A stretch of 64,000 nucleotides of DNA from Octopus sinensis (GCF_006345805.1 NC_043010.1:57660001-57724000), one strand, 5' to 3'; counted from the stretch's first letter, positions 1 through 13,479 are shown. The notes: generated from the letters alone by a model not told the origin. Made by a program: numbers and translations.

Positions 1-177
1 TACTGTTTGCTTGCTTGCTTCACTGTCCACTTTGATATTTCACAAACTACTAAAGCTACAAAGTTCACAGTTTTTTGTTTTTGTCATTTATCGATGATTT
101 CTAGAAATCCATCTACATTTTTTTTTCTCACTGATTTCTGAGTGAATTCTTGTTTTTTCAAAATGTTAGTGTTTTAG

Positions 178-235
178 AAAGTTTTTTGCAAATGAAAATA
201 TGAAAGATGCAGTGAAGCTGCGTTCAATGTATCAG
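178..235 (+). CDS. Candidate internal coding exon (KFFANENMKDAVKLRSMYQ), gene unknown
   Basis: Acceptor gttttag at 171-177, donor CAG|gtgacg at 236, open frame in non-repetitive sequence; no homology recognised. Confidence 0.3.
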
Positions 236-825
236 GTGACGGGTGACACAAGAGGTGGGCGAATATGGAATCACTTTTACATGAGAAATAAGATATTATA
301 GAAATATATTGACACATAGCTATAGACATTAGTATTGGTGGTTATAATAATTAGGTTATTCTTTAGTTATAATAGTAAATGTTTATAGTTATAATAGTGT
401 TTGGTGGTTATAGAATTTAATGATGGAGCCATAGTAGTTATCATTTCTGGTTACATTAGTATTAATGGTTAAATTAGTTAGTATTAGTGTTCATAATTAG
501 TGTCAGTGGTTATAACAATTGGTGTTGGTTATAATTGTTAATACCAGTGGTTATAATATTTAGCATTAGCAGTTATGGTAATTAGTATTGGTTATAATAG
601 TTAGTATATGTTACAATAGTTAGTATTATTTGTTGTAGTGTTAGTGGTTATAATAGTTAGTACTGGTTACAGGAGTGTTGGTGATTATATTAGTACTGGT
701 GGTTATAATTGTTAATGCGCATGAATCTTATTAGAATTTGTAGTTGTTAGTATTGGTGGTTATAATATTTAGTATTGGTTATAATAATTGTGTCAGTAGA
801 AATAGTTGTTAGTATTGGATATAAT

Positions 826-1039
826 CTTTTCTACCCTAGGCAAAAGGCCCGAAATTTTGGGGGTAGGGGCTAGTCAATTAGATCAGCTCCAGTATGCAAC
901 TGGTACTTAATTTATCGACCCCAACAGGATGAAAAGCAAAGTCAACCTTGACAGAATTGGAACTCAGAACGTGAAGACAAACGAAATACTGCTAAGCATA
1001 TCAGCCAGCGTGCTAACGATTCTGCCAATCACCACCTTA
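826..1039 (-). mobile_element. tRNA-derived SINE, family A (Meta-domain-like core)
   Basis: Reverse strand: tggcagaatcgttagc head, gttctgagttccaattc B-box-like, core gactttgcttttcatcctgttggggtcgataaattaagtaccag; homologous to 1407-1791. Confidence 0.8.
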
Positions 1040-1406
1040 GTATTGCATATAATACTTTGTGTTAGTGGTTACAGTAGTCAAGTATTAGTAGTTATAATAG
1101 CTACTGTTATTGGTTAAAGTAGTTAGTATTGATTATAACAGTGTGTAGGTGGTTATGAGAGTTCATGTTAGTGCTTATAATATTTAGTATTGGTGGTTGT
1201 AGAAGTTAGTATTGATGGTAATAATAGCTCTGGTTACAGTGTTTAGTGTTAGTGGTTATAATAATTAGTGTTGGTGAATATAACAATTAGTATTTTTGGT
1301 TATCATAAGTAGTAGTGGTGGTTATAGAAGTTGTAAATATAGTTTATAATAAATAGTGTTGGTGGTTGTAATGGTTTGTGTTAGAGTTTATATCATTTAG
1401 TATTGG

Positions 1407-1791
1407 TAAGGCAGCAAGCTGGCAGAAGTGTTAGCACACCGGGTGAAACGCTTAGTGGTATTTCATCGGCCGCTACGTTCTGAGTTCAAATTCCGCCGAG
1501 GTCAACTTTGCCTTTCATCCTTTCGGGGTCAATTAAATAAATACCAGTTACGCACTGGGGTTGATGTAATCAACTTAATCCATTTGTCTGTCCTTGTTTG
1601 CCCCTCTATGTTTAGCCCCTTGTAGGTAATAAAGAAACAGGTATTTCACCTGTCTTTAAGTTCTGAGTGAAAATTCCACCAAGGTCACCTTTACCTTTCA
1701 TTCTTTTGGGGTCGATACCTGTTGCGTACTGGGGATCGATCTAATTGACTGGCCCTCTCCGCCAAAATTTCAGGCCTTGTGCCTAGAGTAG
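1407..1791 (+). mobile_element. tRNA-derived SINE family A, dimeric copy
   Basis: Head ggcagcaagctggcagaagtgttagc, B-box gagttcaaattcc, core repeated at ~1500-1560 and ~1680-1740. Confidence 0.8.
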
Positions 1792-2224
1792 TATTGCTGG
1801 TTATAGTATTAATATTGGTCATTACAGTAGTTTGTAATTTGTAATGATGGTTGTTATATATTTATTGCATGAAAAGAATGTCTACAAGTTCAAATATTCC
1901 TGAATGCTGTCTTAAAGCCACTTCAAAGTTACAGTCAGGTCTTTTTGTATCATAAATATCTAAATTCTACATTTTGTACTGAAATATTTCAACAGTGAAT
2001 CTCCTTGGTGTTTTAAGATTATTTATGTGTATATGTTCATAAGTCTGTATGTTTAGTGTAAATATGTGTATAAGTGTAAATGTATATGTGTAGAAATTTA
2101 TGTGTGTATAGAAGCATCTATGTTTGCTCTCATTCTCCTTCTATTATCTATTTCTCTCTCTCTCTCTCTCTCTCTCTATATCTATTTATCTATCTATCTA
2201 TCTATCTATTTCTCTCTCTCTTTC

Positions 2225-3285
<1,061 letters not shown>

Positions 3286-3293
3286 TCATCTAT

Positions 3294-3357
<64 letters not shown>

Positions 3358-3384
3358 TTATCTATCTATTTATCTATCTATCTA

Positions 3385-3418
<34 letters not shown>

Positions 3419-3479
3419 CTATCTATCTATCTATATATATATATATATATATATCTATATCTATCTATCTATCTATCTA

Positions 3480-3582
<103 letters not shown>

Positions 3583-3748
3583 TACATATATATATATATA
3601 TATATATACATAAATATATATATGTATATATCTATCTATATACATATAATAATAATAATTAATATTTCAAGGGATATATTCCTAACTTACAGGGAAAAAT
3701 TCAATTTAGAAATACTAAATCAAATTTCACAAAATATAATATGTATAT

Positions 3749-4155
3749 AAATTAGAAAAAAAACACCTTTTACCAATTCAAAATGAACAATTCAATTATA
3801 CCATCTAGAAAATTACATATAATAGAAATATTAAAATTAAAATAACAATAATATACCGATGATTAAGTAAATTGCAAAATAATAATAAAAGCGTATATAT
3901 TTGGTATATATATGTTTTATCATATATTATATATAATTATTATATATATTATATATATATATTTATTATATATGCATTTTTACACACATATATATATGTA
4001 TACCAAATATATATGTTTATTATTATTTTGCAATTTACTTAATCATCGGTATATTATTGTTATTTTAATTTTAATATTTCTATAATATGTAATTTTCTAG
4101 ATGGTGTAATTTAATTGTTATTTTGAATTGATAAAAGGTGGATTTTTTCTAATTT
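3749..4155. repeat. Inverted repeat, ~160 bp arms (3749-3910 / 3996-4155) around a (TA)n spacer
   Basis: ccatctagaaaattacatat...ccgatgattaagtaaattgcaaaataataataaa versus its reverse complement; third copy at 26897-27050. Confidence 0.9.
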
Positions 4156-4202
4156 TTGTATATATATATATATATACATACCTACATACATATGCATATG
4201 TG

Positions 4203-4450
4203 GAGGTGCGTGGCTTCGTGGTTAGGGTGTTAGCCCCATGATCGTAAGATTGTGGTTTTGATTCCTGGACTGGGCGATGCATTGTGTTCTTGAGCAAAAC
4301 ACTTCATTTCACGTTACTCCAGTCCACTCAGCCAGCAAAAGTGAGTAACACTGATGGACTGGCATCCCGTCCAGCTGGGAAACGCATACGCCAGCCATAG
4401 AAACCGGTAAACCGGGCCCATGAACCTGGCTAGGCTTTAAAAGGGTGCAT
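4203..4450 (+). mobile_element. tRNA-derived SINE family V (V-domain-like)
   Basis: A-box tggcttcgtggttagg, ttgattcc B-box-like, gtgttcttgagcaaaacacttcatttc, gatggactggcatcccgtccag; related copies at 26275-26500, 57655-57965, 62625-62775. Confidence 0.75.
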
Positions 4451-4478
4451 TTATTATTTTTTATTATACATATGCATA

Positions 4479-4517
<39 letters not shown>

Positions 4518-4544
4518 TATATAATATATACACATATATATGCA

Positions 4545-4576
<32 letters not shown>

Positions 4577-4652
4577 CATTACATATATATGCATACATAT
4601 GCAATATATATATATGTGTGTGTGTGTGTGTATATATATCTATACATACATA

Positions 4653-4691
<39 letters not shown>

Positions 4692-4753
4692 CATACACTG
4701 CATATATATATCGATGCATAATCTTATACATACATACTACATACATACATACA

Positions 4754-4789
<36 letters not shown>

Positions 4790-5388
4790 TATATGAATTT
4801 ATACATATATAACTTAGATAACTTAGGTAAGGGGTTTGCTAATTTGCTGCACAGCAACATAAATCTGGGATCATAGGTTCAATATCTCTTTGCATCGTTT
4901 GCAATAACATTTGGTCAAGCACAGCCTCATAGGTGCAAGCAGAGAGGAACTGTGTGGTAAATATATGTGGTAGATCAAGGACAAGTCCTGTGGGTTTGTA
5001 GTTATTCAGATGAGAGGTTGCCAGTCTGTGGCCTGGATATTTTAGTGGTTATGAAACTTAAATGCGGAAAGGGCTGAATTCCCCTAGCTGTAAACAGGTA
5101 CCAAGCTCAGATATTTCTGATGGAAACAAAACAAACTCTTGAGAAAAATGGTAATCCAGTTTTGTAATGTGACAGGAAATCCTTGTGGATGTGGATAATC
5201 CATGTGAATATGAAAAGCCAGGCTTTAGTTCATGGTTATTTAGGTACATATATGCAAACACAAATATATATGTATGCATATATGAATGTATTTATGCATA
5301 TGTATATGTATGTATATATGCATGTGTGTGTGTGTATATATATATATATACATATATACATACATATATATATATATATCTACACACA

Positions 5389-5439
<51 letters not shown>

Positions 5440-5638
5440 ACATATATATATATATATACATATGAATCTAAATATTCATCTATATCTATCTATCTACATA
5501 TTCTCTTTAACTAGTTTTAGCCTGAAAGTTATGGTCATGTTGGGGCATATATATGTATGTGAGTGTTTGTTTATAGGTTATATATGATGATATATATATT
5601 ATATATATATATTATATATTATTTATTATATAGAAGGA

Positions 5639-5686
5639 GCTTCTACAGGACTAGAACTGTTTCATTCAAGAGAAATCTTCAGGAAG

Positions 5687-5687
<1 letters not shown>
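5639..5687 (-). ncRNA. Type I hammerhead ribozyme motif
   Basis: gcttc-CTGAAGA-tttc tctt gaat-GAAA-cag ttctagtc ctg-TA-gaagc: perfect 5 bp stem I, intact core, GUA cleavage triplet; between (TA)n tracts. Confidence 0.75.
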
Positions 5688-5737
<50 letters not shown>

Positions 5738-6237
5738 TAAAGTTAATCCAACTTTATATATCTATATACATACGCACACACACACATATATATATATATA
5801 TTTATATATATATATATATGTGTATATATATACATATATATTTATATATACACACACATATTTATACATACAGATAAAAACATACATGCAAACATACATA
5901 TATATATACATATATTTTTGTGTACACACACACACACACATAAATATATATGTATGTGTATATATATGCATATATATATTTATATATACACACACATATT
6001 TATACATACACATAAAAACATAGATGCATGCATATATATATATATATATATTTATACACACACACACACACACACACACGTATATAGATATCGTCATTGT
6101 ATCATATATCTGAAAGAGAATCACATACTTTAAAACATAGAGCAGTAATGTATCTAGAAGCAATTAAGCCTATGTCCAAACCATTGGTCACTCTATGGCC
6201 AGACATATTTAACTGCTTATAAAGATACATATACATA

Positions 6238-6600
6238 CATCATCATCATCGTCGTTTAACGTCTGCTTTCCATGCTGGCATGGGTTGGAGGGTTTGACTG
6301 AGGATTGGCAAGACAGAGGCTGCAGCTGGCTCCAATCTGATCTAGCAGAGTTTCTGCAACTGGATGCCATTCCTAACGCCAACCACTCCAAGAGTGTATT
6401 GGGTGCTTTTTATGTGCCACCAGCACAAGGGCCAGTCAGACAGTTCTGGCAACGACCACGCTCAAAAGGTGTTTTTATGTGCTACCTGCACAGGAGCCAG
6501 TCTGTGGCCCTGGCAATGATCATGCTCGGATAGGCTTTTAACGTTCCACTGGCATGAGTGCTTATCAGGCGGTACTCTCATTGGCCATGTCAGTGATTTT
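6238..6600 (-). mobile_element. Abundant SINE family B with (GAT)n tail and internal ~52 bp repeats
   Basis: catcatcatcgtcgtttaacgtctgctttccatgctggcatgggttgg...gccaaccactcc; at least 12 copies in the window. Confidence 0.85.
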
Positions 6601-6771
6601 GATTTTGATACACACACACACTCACACACACACACACATATATATATATATTTATATATATATAGTCAGTTGAAGATGTAGGATTATAAAAAATCCAGAG
6701 ATTAACTGGTGTTATCAATGATATATTGGGAAAATTCTCTCAATATATAGGGATAAACAGTCTAATATACG

Positions 6772-7010
6772 GTTATTACTATAATAAAAAGGAGAAAAAA
6801 TATTGTGGTTACTTATTTTATTTGTATCTCAATATGAACATAGCAAATAGTTTAGTACAAATAAAATATAAATGAACATACATTAATGTGAAATAACATA
6901 CAATATGTATGTTTATTTAAATTTTATTTGTATTAAAGTATTTGCTATGTTCATATTGTGATACAAATAAGTGTCCAAAGTATTTTTTCTCCTTTTTATT
7001 GTAGTAATAA
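6772..7010. repeat. Inverted repeat, ~105 bp arms (6772-6880 / 6907-7010)
   Basis: gttattactataataaaaaggagaaaaaata...caatatgaacatagcaaata versus tatttgctatgttcatattg...tattttttctcctttttattgtagtaataac. Confidence 0.85.
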
Positions 7011-7013
7011 CTG

Positions 7014-7079
<66 letters not shown>

Positions 7080-7499
7080 GTAATATATATAACATACATA
7101 CATACATATATATATACATATATATATAAAGATATATATATATATATATACATACATATATATATATACCCACACACATACATATATATATTTATAAATC
7201 ATATATTATATACACACGCATACATACATATATATCATATATATTATAATAGATATATATATATAATGTATATATAAATATATATATCAAAATATACATA
7301 ATATATACATATATTATGCATATATATATATACATATATATATACATACATATATATATATACATATATACATGCATATATATATATATATACATTATAT
7401 ATATATATATATATATATACACATGTATATATATAACTATTTATATATAACTGAAAATATATACTCATATGTACATATAATCCATTCACTACATATGTT

Positions 7500-7971
7500 C
7501 AGTTCCACTTAATACACTGTGTGTTCCCAAGGGCTGTTGGTGTATAGCAAGGTATCTTATTTAAAATGAGACACCCGACAAAATGCAGCCTGCATTGATT
7601 GATGTAACACAACTCGCTGTACCATATCCCACCCATAAGGGACAGATGCCGGTGAATCAATATCATCGCTGTGCTGTATAATGTCTCTTGCTAATTCCAT
7701 TTTCCATATCCATTATAAACTCAACAAACACTGCAGAATTCCTGATGTAGATCCATTGACATATCATAAACGTGGATGACATCAGGTAGCCTAAATGGTG
7801 AAAGTGCTTTAATCAGCATAGTACTAACTGTATACCCAAAATCCAACTAATTATACATACATAGTAAGGCATTTCCCCTCCATATTTTGAAGAGGCCAGC
7901 AGTGTTTGAGGTCTGAAGACTAAACCCCTTATGATCAAGAAACCCTGGGTAACCCCATAAACCAGCACCCC

Positions 7972-7975
<4 letters not shown>
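7500..7975 (+). mobile_element. Putative Penelope-like element 3' remnant carrying an HHR motif at 7910-7954
   Basis: Frame ...SLNGESALISIVLTVYPKSN* loosely resembles a GIY-YIG C-terminus; downstream ggt-CTGAAGA-19 nt-GAAA-ccc t ggg-TA-acc; stem II not well paired. Confidence 0.45.
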
Positions 7976-8059
<84 letters not shown>

Positions 8060-8127
8060 ATATGTGTGTGTGTATAACACAATATATATCTATAACTGAA
8101 AAAGTTTGGTTCAACAAGGAGTACATT

Positions 8128-8508
8128 TGCACATTTATTTTTTAATCACTACAATTGTTTCCATGGAACGTAGTTCTCCAAGCTTGCAAGTAACTTGGTT
8201 ATGCAACCATTTCCTTGCATTATGAGATCTGGTTGTGTTTCCTCAGGTAAGATATGAATTTGCCCATAAACCTTCAGTGATGACACATCTCTTGATACCC
8301 TCAGTGCTACTACTACCTCCAGGCCATGACAGACAGAGAGGATGCTCTGGAAGCCAAGAATTTGAACTTACGGAGACAATATTTACATACCACCTGAGGA
8401 AACAGGACTAGATCTCATAATGCAGGGAAACAGGTGCATAATCAAGTATCTGTAAACCTGGAGAACTACGTTGCAGAGAAACAATTGTAGTGATTGCAAA
8501 TAAATGTC
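8128..8508. repeat. Diverged inverted repeat (8128-8250 / 8392-8508) with HHR-like GAAACAATTGTA in each arm
   Basis: aatcactacaattgtttc...cgtagttctcca...tgcattatgagatct...tttcctcagg versus cctgaggaaa...agatctcataatgca...tggagaactacg...gaaacaattgtagtgatt. Confidence 0.8.
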
Positions 8509-8931
8509 CGACACTACTCCTTTTTGTTGACTCCAACTTTTTCAACTCTCTATTCACACATGACAGGAGCCCAAAAGCAAACCTGGAAACATGTATAATA
8601 CTACCACTGTCTATGATAGCACAGGGTAAATCTGAGGGTGGACGAGCTTTATACTGTACTCTACTAAGTTCTTAGGGAGAATACAAATGTCTCACTTCAT
8701 CAATGTGGTGTCTGAAACTAATTTCTCTGGAAACAAACAAACAAACATTGTCAACAGAACAAACTTTCTGTCTGTCTGTCTGTCTGTATTGCTTTCTTCA
8801 CAATGAACATCGTTTGTTGACTAAATATATCTGAAAGTCTCTGTGAAATATGTATGTATATATATATATATGTGTGTATATATATATATATATATAATAT
8901 ATATATATATACATATACATACACACACATA

Positions 8932-8965
<34 letters not shown>

Positions 8966-9389
8966 AACATAACACATATAGACATATACATATATACACA
9001 CACACACACACATATATATATATATGTATATATAAATATATATATATACACACACATATGTATACATACATATATATACTTATATATATATACATATATA
9101 TATATATACAAACATATATATACAAACACACACACACACACAAACATATATATATATATACACACATATATATGTAGTCAATTTGACAATTTGAGAATAT
9201 AAACCTTTCATAGTGATGGTTTCATCCAAGTTAGGCTGGTTTAATATATTATACTATGAAGACATATCTTCTCTTTAATAAATATATCATGAATATCAAA
9301 TATTAAGCTAGAAAATGAAGAGATTTAACGGATAAAATTAATCTATTAATTATTTAATATTATCCATTAAATCTTTCCATTTTTGTTTC

Positions 9390-9446
<57 letters not shown>

Positions 9447-9448
<2 letters not shown>

Positions 9449-9612
9449 GTAGTGGGATTCTTTTAGTTTCCATCTACCAAATCCCCATACAAAGCTTTAG
9501 TTTGCTTGGAACTATAAAGGAAGACATTCATCCAAGGTGCCATCTAGTGGAACCGAACCCAAAGCCATGTGGTTGGGAAATAAACTTCTTATCACACAGC
9601 CACACCTGTGCC
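9447..9612 (-). mobile_element. tRNA-derived SINE family C head
   Basis: Matches 14643-14805 (ttcagtttccatctaccaaatcc...ccaaggtgcc...gaacc...catgtggttggg...cacacagcc). Confidence 0.8.
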
Positions 9613-10332
9613 ATGCATATGTATATATACGTGTGTGTGTGTGTGTGTCTGCAAATGAATGTGTGTATGCATGAATAAATCACATATATAATATACACTC
9701 ACACATACATGCATACATACATACATACATACATACAGATGGATAGATAGATAGATAGGTAAATAGATAGATAAAAATGTATGTTATACACAAATATTTG
9801 TTCTTATTTTTATCTGTTGTTTGTGCACCTATTAGTGTGTGTATGTGTATGTGTTTGTGTGTGATATTATCTTAGAATGTTGGTAAGGTTTGTTGGTGGG
9901 TGTAGTAGTGATGAGGGAGGTGTTTATTGTGGTGGTGGTGGTGGTGATGAGGATGAGGATGATGGGAAGTGTATACAAGTAGAGAAGCAGACAGTAAAAA
10001 CAATACCATTTACAACAGCAATAATAATGATGATGATGATGATGATGGTGATGTTCTTAAACACAATTGTCAATACCAGGAAACTCCAAGATATCGGAAC
10101 TAGGAAAAAATTGTTCTCCCTGTCAACTTGAAAATGCTCGATTTCAAATCCAACAGAATCTTATTTCTGCGATTTGGGTCTCCTTCCCATAAAATATATC
10201 GTTGATAATCATTAATAACAGCCACAGTAAAGTGGTTCAACATGTTGTCACTTGAGCTCTCTGATTGAGGACTTGGAGCAGCTCATATAAAACAAAGCAA
10301 CAATAACATTATTATTAATAATAATAATAATA

Positions 10333-10370
<38 letters not shown>

Positions 10371-10685
10371 TAATATAATTAATCATAAGAAGAAGAAGAA
10401 AAAGAAGACAATCTTTTGCACTTCTTGCAGGGATGGTAAGCCAGGGATCTTAACTGGTACATCACACGTATTGAGAAGAGCATTGTTGATGTGAGAATTA
10501 TTACTACCCATGTATTTTAATTTAACTTAAAAAAAAAAAATTTTTTTAAATGAACGAACTATTGAGTTTAGTTTAATGGCCTACCAATGTATACTATGAG
10601 TTTCTTTGCCCTAGGAGTCGGGAAGACACTCGGCAAGAAATGGAAGCAAATTTGAAAGAAGAAAAAAAAAGTAATAATAGTGATG

Positions 10686-10735
<50 letters not shown>

Positions 10736-11569
10736 CCTTTCTACTATATTAAAGACAATATAAGGATGAAAAGTAAACGTAAACACACAAACAGCACAAT
10801 GCAAGCTTTGGGGCCTACATCATTTATGAAGAGGCTGGCTAAATTACAGGATATACAAACTATACCTGAACAATTAAGAAAATTACCCCAATTGTTAGAT
10901 CATAATAATAATTTCTATAATTTCCACACAGTTGACTGATGAAGGGATAATAACGGGAGACTGGTAAGGGGACAGTTAAGAGAGCCAGTTGAAGGGACAG
11001 TTAAGGGAAACAGGTGCTAAAAAGTGTGGTGTGTGCTTGACAGAAATCAGTTAAATGAATGAGGTGAATATGAAACAAGATCTGAAGGGAAGGGCACCAC
11101 TACTAGGGGTCATAAAGTAAACCCCTCAGATCCAGAAATACGTTGATTGACAAGAGTATGTCTCCTTGTCCAGCTGTGATTCCCTGGCCCCTATTATGAA
11201 GATAAGTGGGTCTTAACACTAGGGCCACACATATCTGTTTCTGTACATTCACTGGGGACAGACAGTACCACCCCCTCTATTGTCATCACTCTCCTTACAA
11301 TGGGATCAACAACAACACTGATGATGGTTTCAAATTTTGGATGAAGGCCAGCAGGTTTTGTTGGTAGGGGTTTAGTTGAGACACCTTGACCCTTAGATGC
11401 TTGAAAAGCTCACTATTTCATCAGCTCTGGGTAGGATTTGAACTGAGAATGTTTGGAGCTTGAGCAAACACTCAAAAGATTCTGCAAATCCACCACCCTG
11501 ATGATGTCAATGATGATGATGATGATGACGATATGAGGACAATGATGATAAGAATTCCAAAAATAATAA

Positions 11570-11762
11570 TGGTCTTGGGGGGTGGGGTGTAAATCATTCA
11601 CATCAAACGCCCCCCCCCCCAGTCCCCTCAACTGGTCCTTATTTTACTGACCCTGAAAGGACGAAAGGCAAAGTTGACCTCGACGGAATTAGAAACTCAG
11701 AACATCAAATCGGACAAAATGCCATCAAACATTTCATCCGGCATGCTAACGAATCTGCCAGG
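11570..11762 (-). mobile_element. SINE family A copy (second degenerate copy at ~11330-11500)
   Basis: actggtccttattttactgaccctgaaaggacgaaaggcaaagttgacctcgacggaattagaaactcagaac...gctaacgaatctgcca. Confidence 0.75.
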
Positions 11763-11856
11763 ATAATAATAATAACAACAACAATCAGAAGAAGAAGAAG
11801 AAGGAATACATCAACTACAAGAAGACTAACAACAAAAGAAAAGTGTAAACACTTAC

Positions 11857-11890
11857 CTTCATGGTAGACTTGACAGGTACATACTTTCCA
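11857..11890 (-). other. Candidate exon or first-exon 3' end with strong donor (ACC ATG AAG|gtaagt)
   Basis: Minus strand: catacag|TGGAAAGTATGTACCTGTCAAGTCTACCATGAAG|gtaagt; consensus donor, ACC before ATG. Confidence 0.4.
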
Positions 11891-11903
11891 CTGTATGTAT
11901 ATA

Positions 11904-11947
<44 letters not shown>

Positions 11948-12174
11948 AAGTGTGTGTATATATTATATCACCTGCAGCATCAACAGCACTGTTGTTGTTG
12001 TTTTTGTGTTGTTATTGTGGTGGTGGTGGTGTCACAAACTATTGCAATGTTACACATACACACAGCAACTTCAGAAAGGTAAACTAGTCACCTGTGTGTA
12101 TACATGTGATATGTATGGATGCATGTATTTATTATATATATAAAAATATATGTATGTATTTGTGTGTGTGTATA

Positions 12175-12267
<93 letters not shown>

Positions 12268-12432
12268 ACTTATGTATATAAGATAGGCAGATAGATTTAC
12301 AGACACATTTTGTTAGAGCATGTATATATACATGTATGTTATATCCTGATCAGTAAAAATATCAGAATGGTGTTGTTGATGGTGGTGGTGGTGGTGGTGT
12401 TAGCAGTGGTGGTGGTGGTGGTGTCATAGACA

Positions 12433-12463
<31 letters not shown>

Positions 12464-13479
12464 TCTATAGACCAGTTTCCGAAAGCCACCCTAGCCTAAC
12501 TGTGATAAGAACATCCACGCAGTTGTAGTAACACAGCTCTCTCCACTCGCTGACTGTTTTTACTGAATGAACAAATCTTCGCATCACACATCACTCACGG
12601 CTCACACACAAACACACACACACACACACACACACATCACTGGACTACCACTCAAAATACTCCCTCCCCACTCTCTCTCTCTCTCTCTCTCTCATCTCTC
12701 CATTTCTCACTCAATTATTTCTCCCCCTCTCTCACCGTAGCTTCCTCTTTCTTTCTCTATCGCTCTCTGTCACCGTTTTTATGTGCATTTATGCACTTCT
12801 GAGCACACATGTGATGTGTGAGTATGTGTGTGTGAGTGTTTGCACATGTACATGTATGTGTGAATGCATGTGAGTGTATGTTTGTGCATGTATGTGCTCA
12901 TATGTGTGAGCTTGTGTGTGTGTCTAGGTGTGTGTGTATATGTGTATATATACATATATGTAAATGTGTACTTGTGACAATGACTTTGTGTGTGTGCGTG
13001 TGCATTTGTTTCTGTGTGTGGGATTATGTGTCAGCATCTGTCTATGCGTAAGCGTATTTGCACATAGTTGTGTATATCTGTATGTGTCGCCTAAGTTTTT
13101 CTATGCGTATCAAGTGTATATATATATGTTTGACTATAAATATGTGTGTGCGTATGTATATGTATTCAAGTATGTGTATGCTTTTGCTTGTATTCCGGCA
13201 CTTGTACTTGTGTGTGTATGTGTATAACTATCTGTGTTTGCCTGTATGTGTGCCTCTCTGTGTGTGTGTATGTAGAATATTTTTGCTGCTGTTTACAACC
13301 AGACATGTTACGCTCGAGTGTGTGATTTCAGTGCCATTAGTGAGGTCAAATTGGAACTCACAATGCAGAGGCTCACAAAGGGCTTCCTTTCTTGCATATA
13401 CACAAACACACACACACACACACATATATATACACATGTATATATAAATATATATACATATATATATACATATATATAT

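Larger units (their letters stand above)
325..1860. repeat. Degenerate minisatellite (~20-22 bp unit like TAGTTAGTATTGGTGGTTATAA) interrupted by two SINEs
   Basis: Dozens of recurrences of ttagtattggtggttataa variants. Confidence 0.8.

Noticed and set aside
4203-4275. tRNA-like A/B boxes at SINE heads
   Set aside because: No full cloverleaf; they are SINE promoters, not tRNA genes
7813-8082. YGVTQG...YAD resembling LINE RT motifs on the minus strand
   Set aside because: The GVTQG match coincides with the plus-strand HHR stem III and surrounding RT motifs are absent
10309-10383. Single-base phase breaks in (TAA)n and (TA)n tracts throughout the window
   Set aside because: Most simply explained by slippage or long-read consensus indels
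10930-10955. CTGATGAAGGGATAAT possible HHR start
   Set aside because: No GAAA, stem III or UH follows; apparently truncated by another sequence
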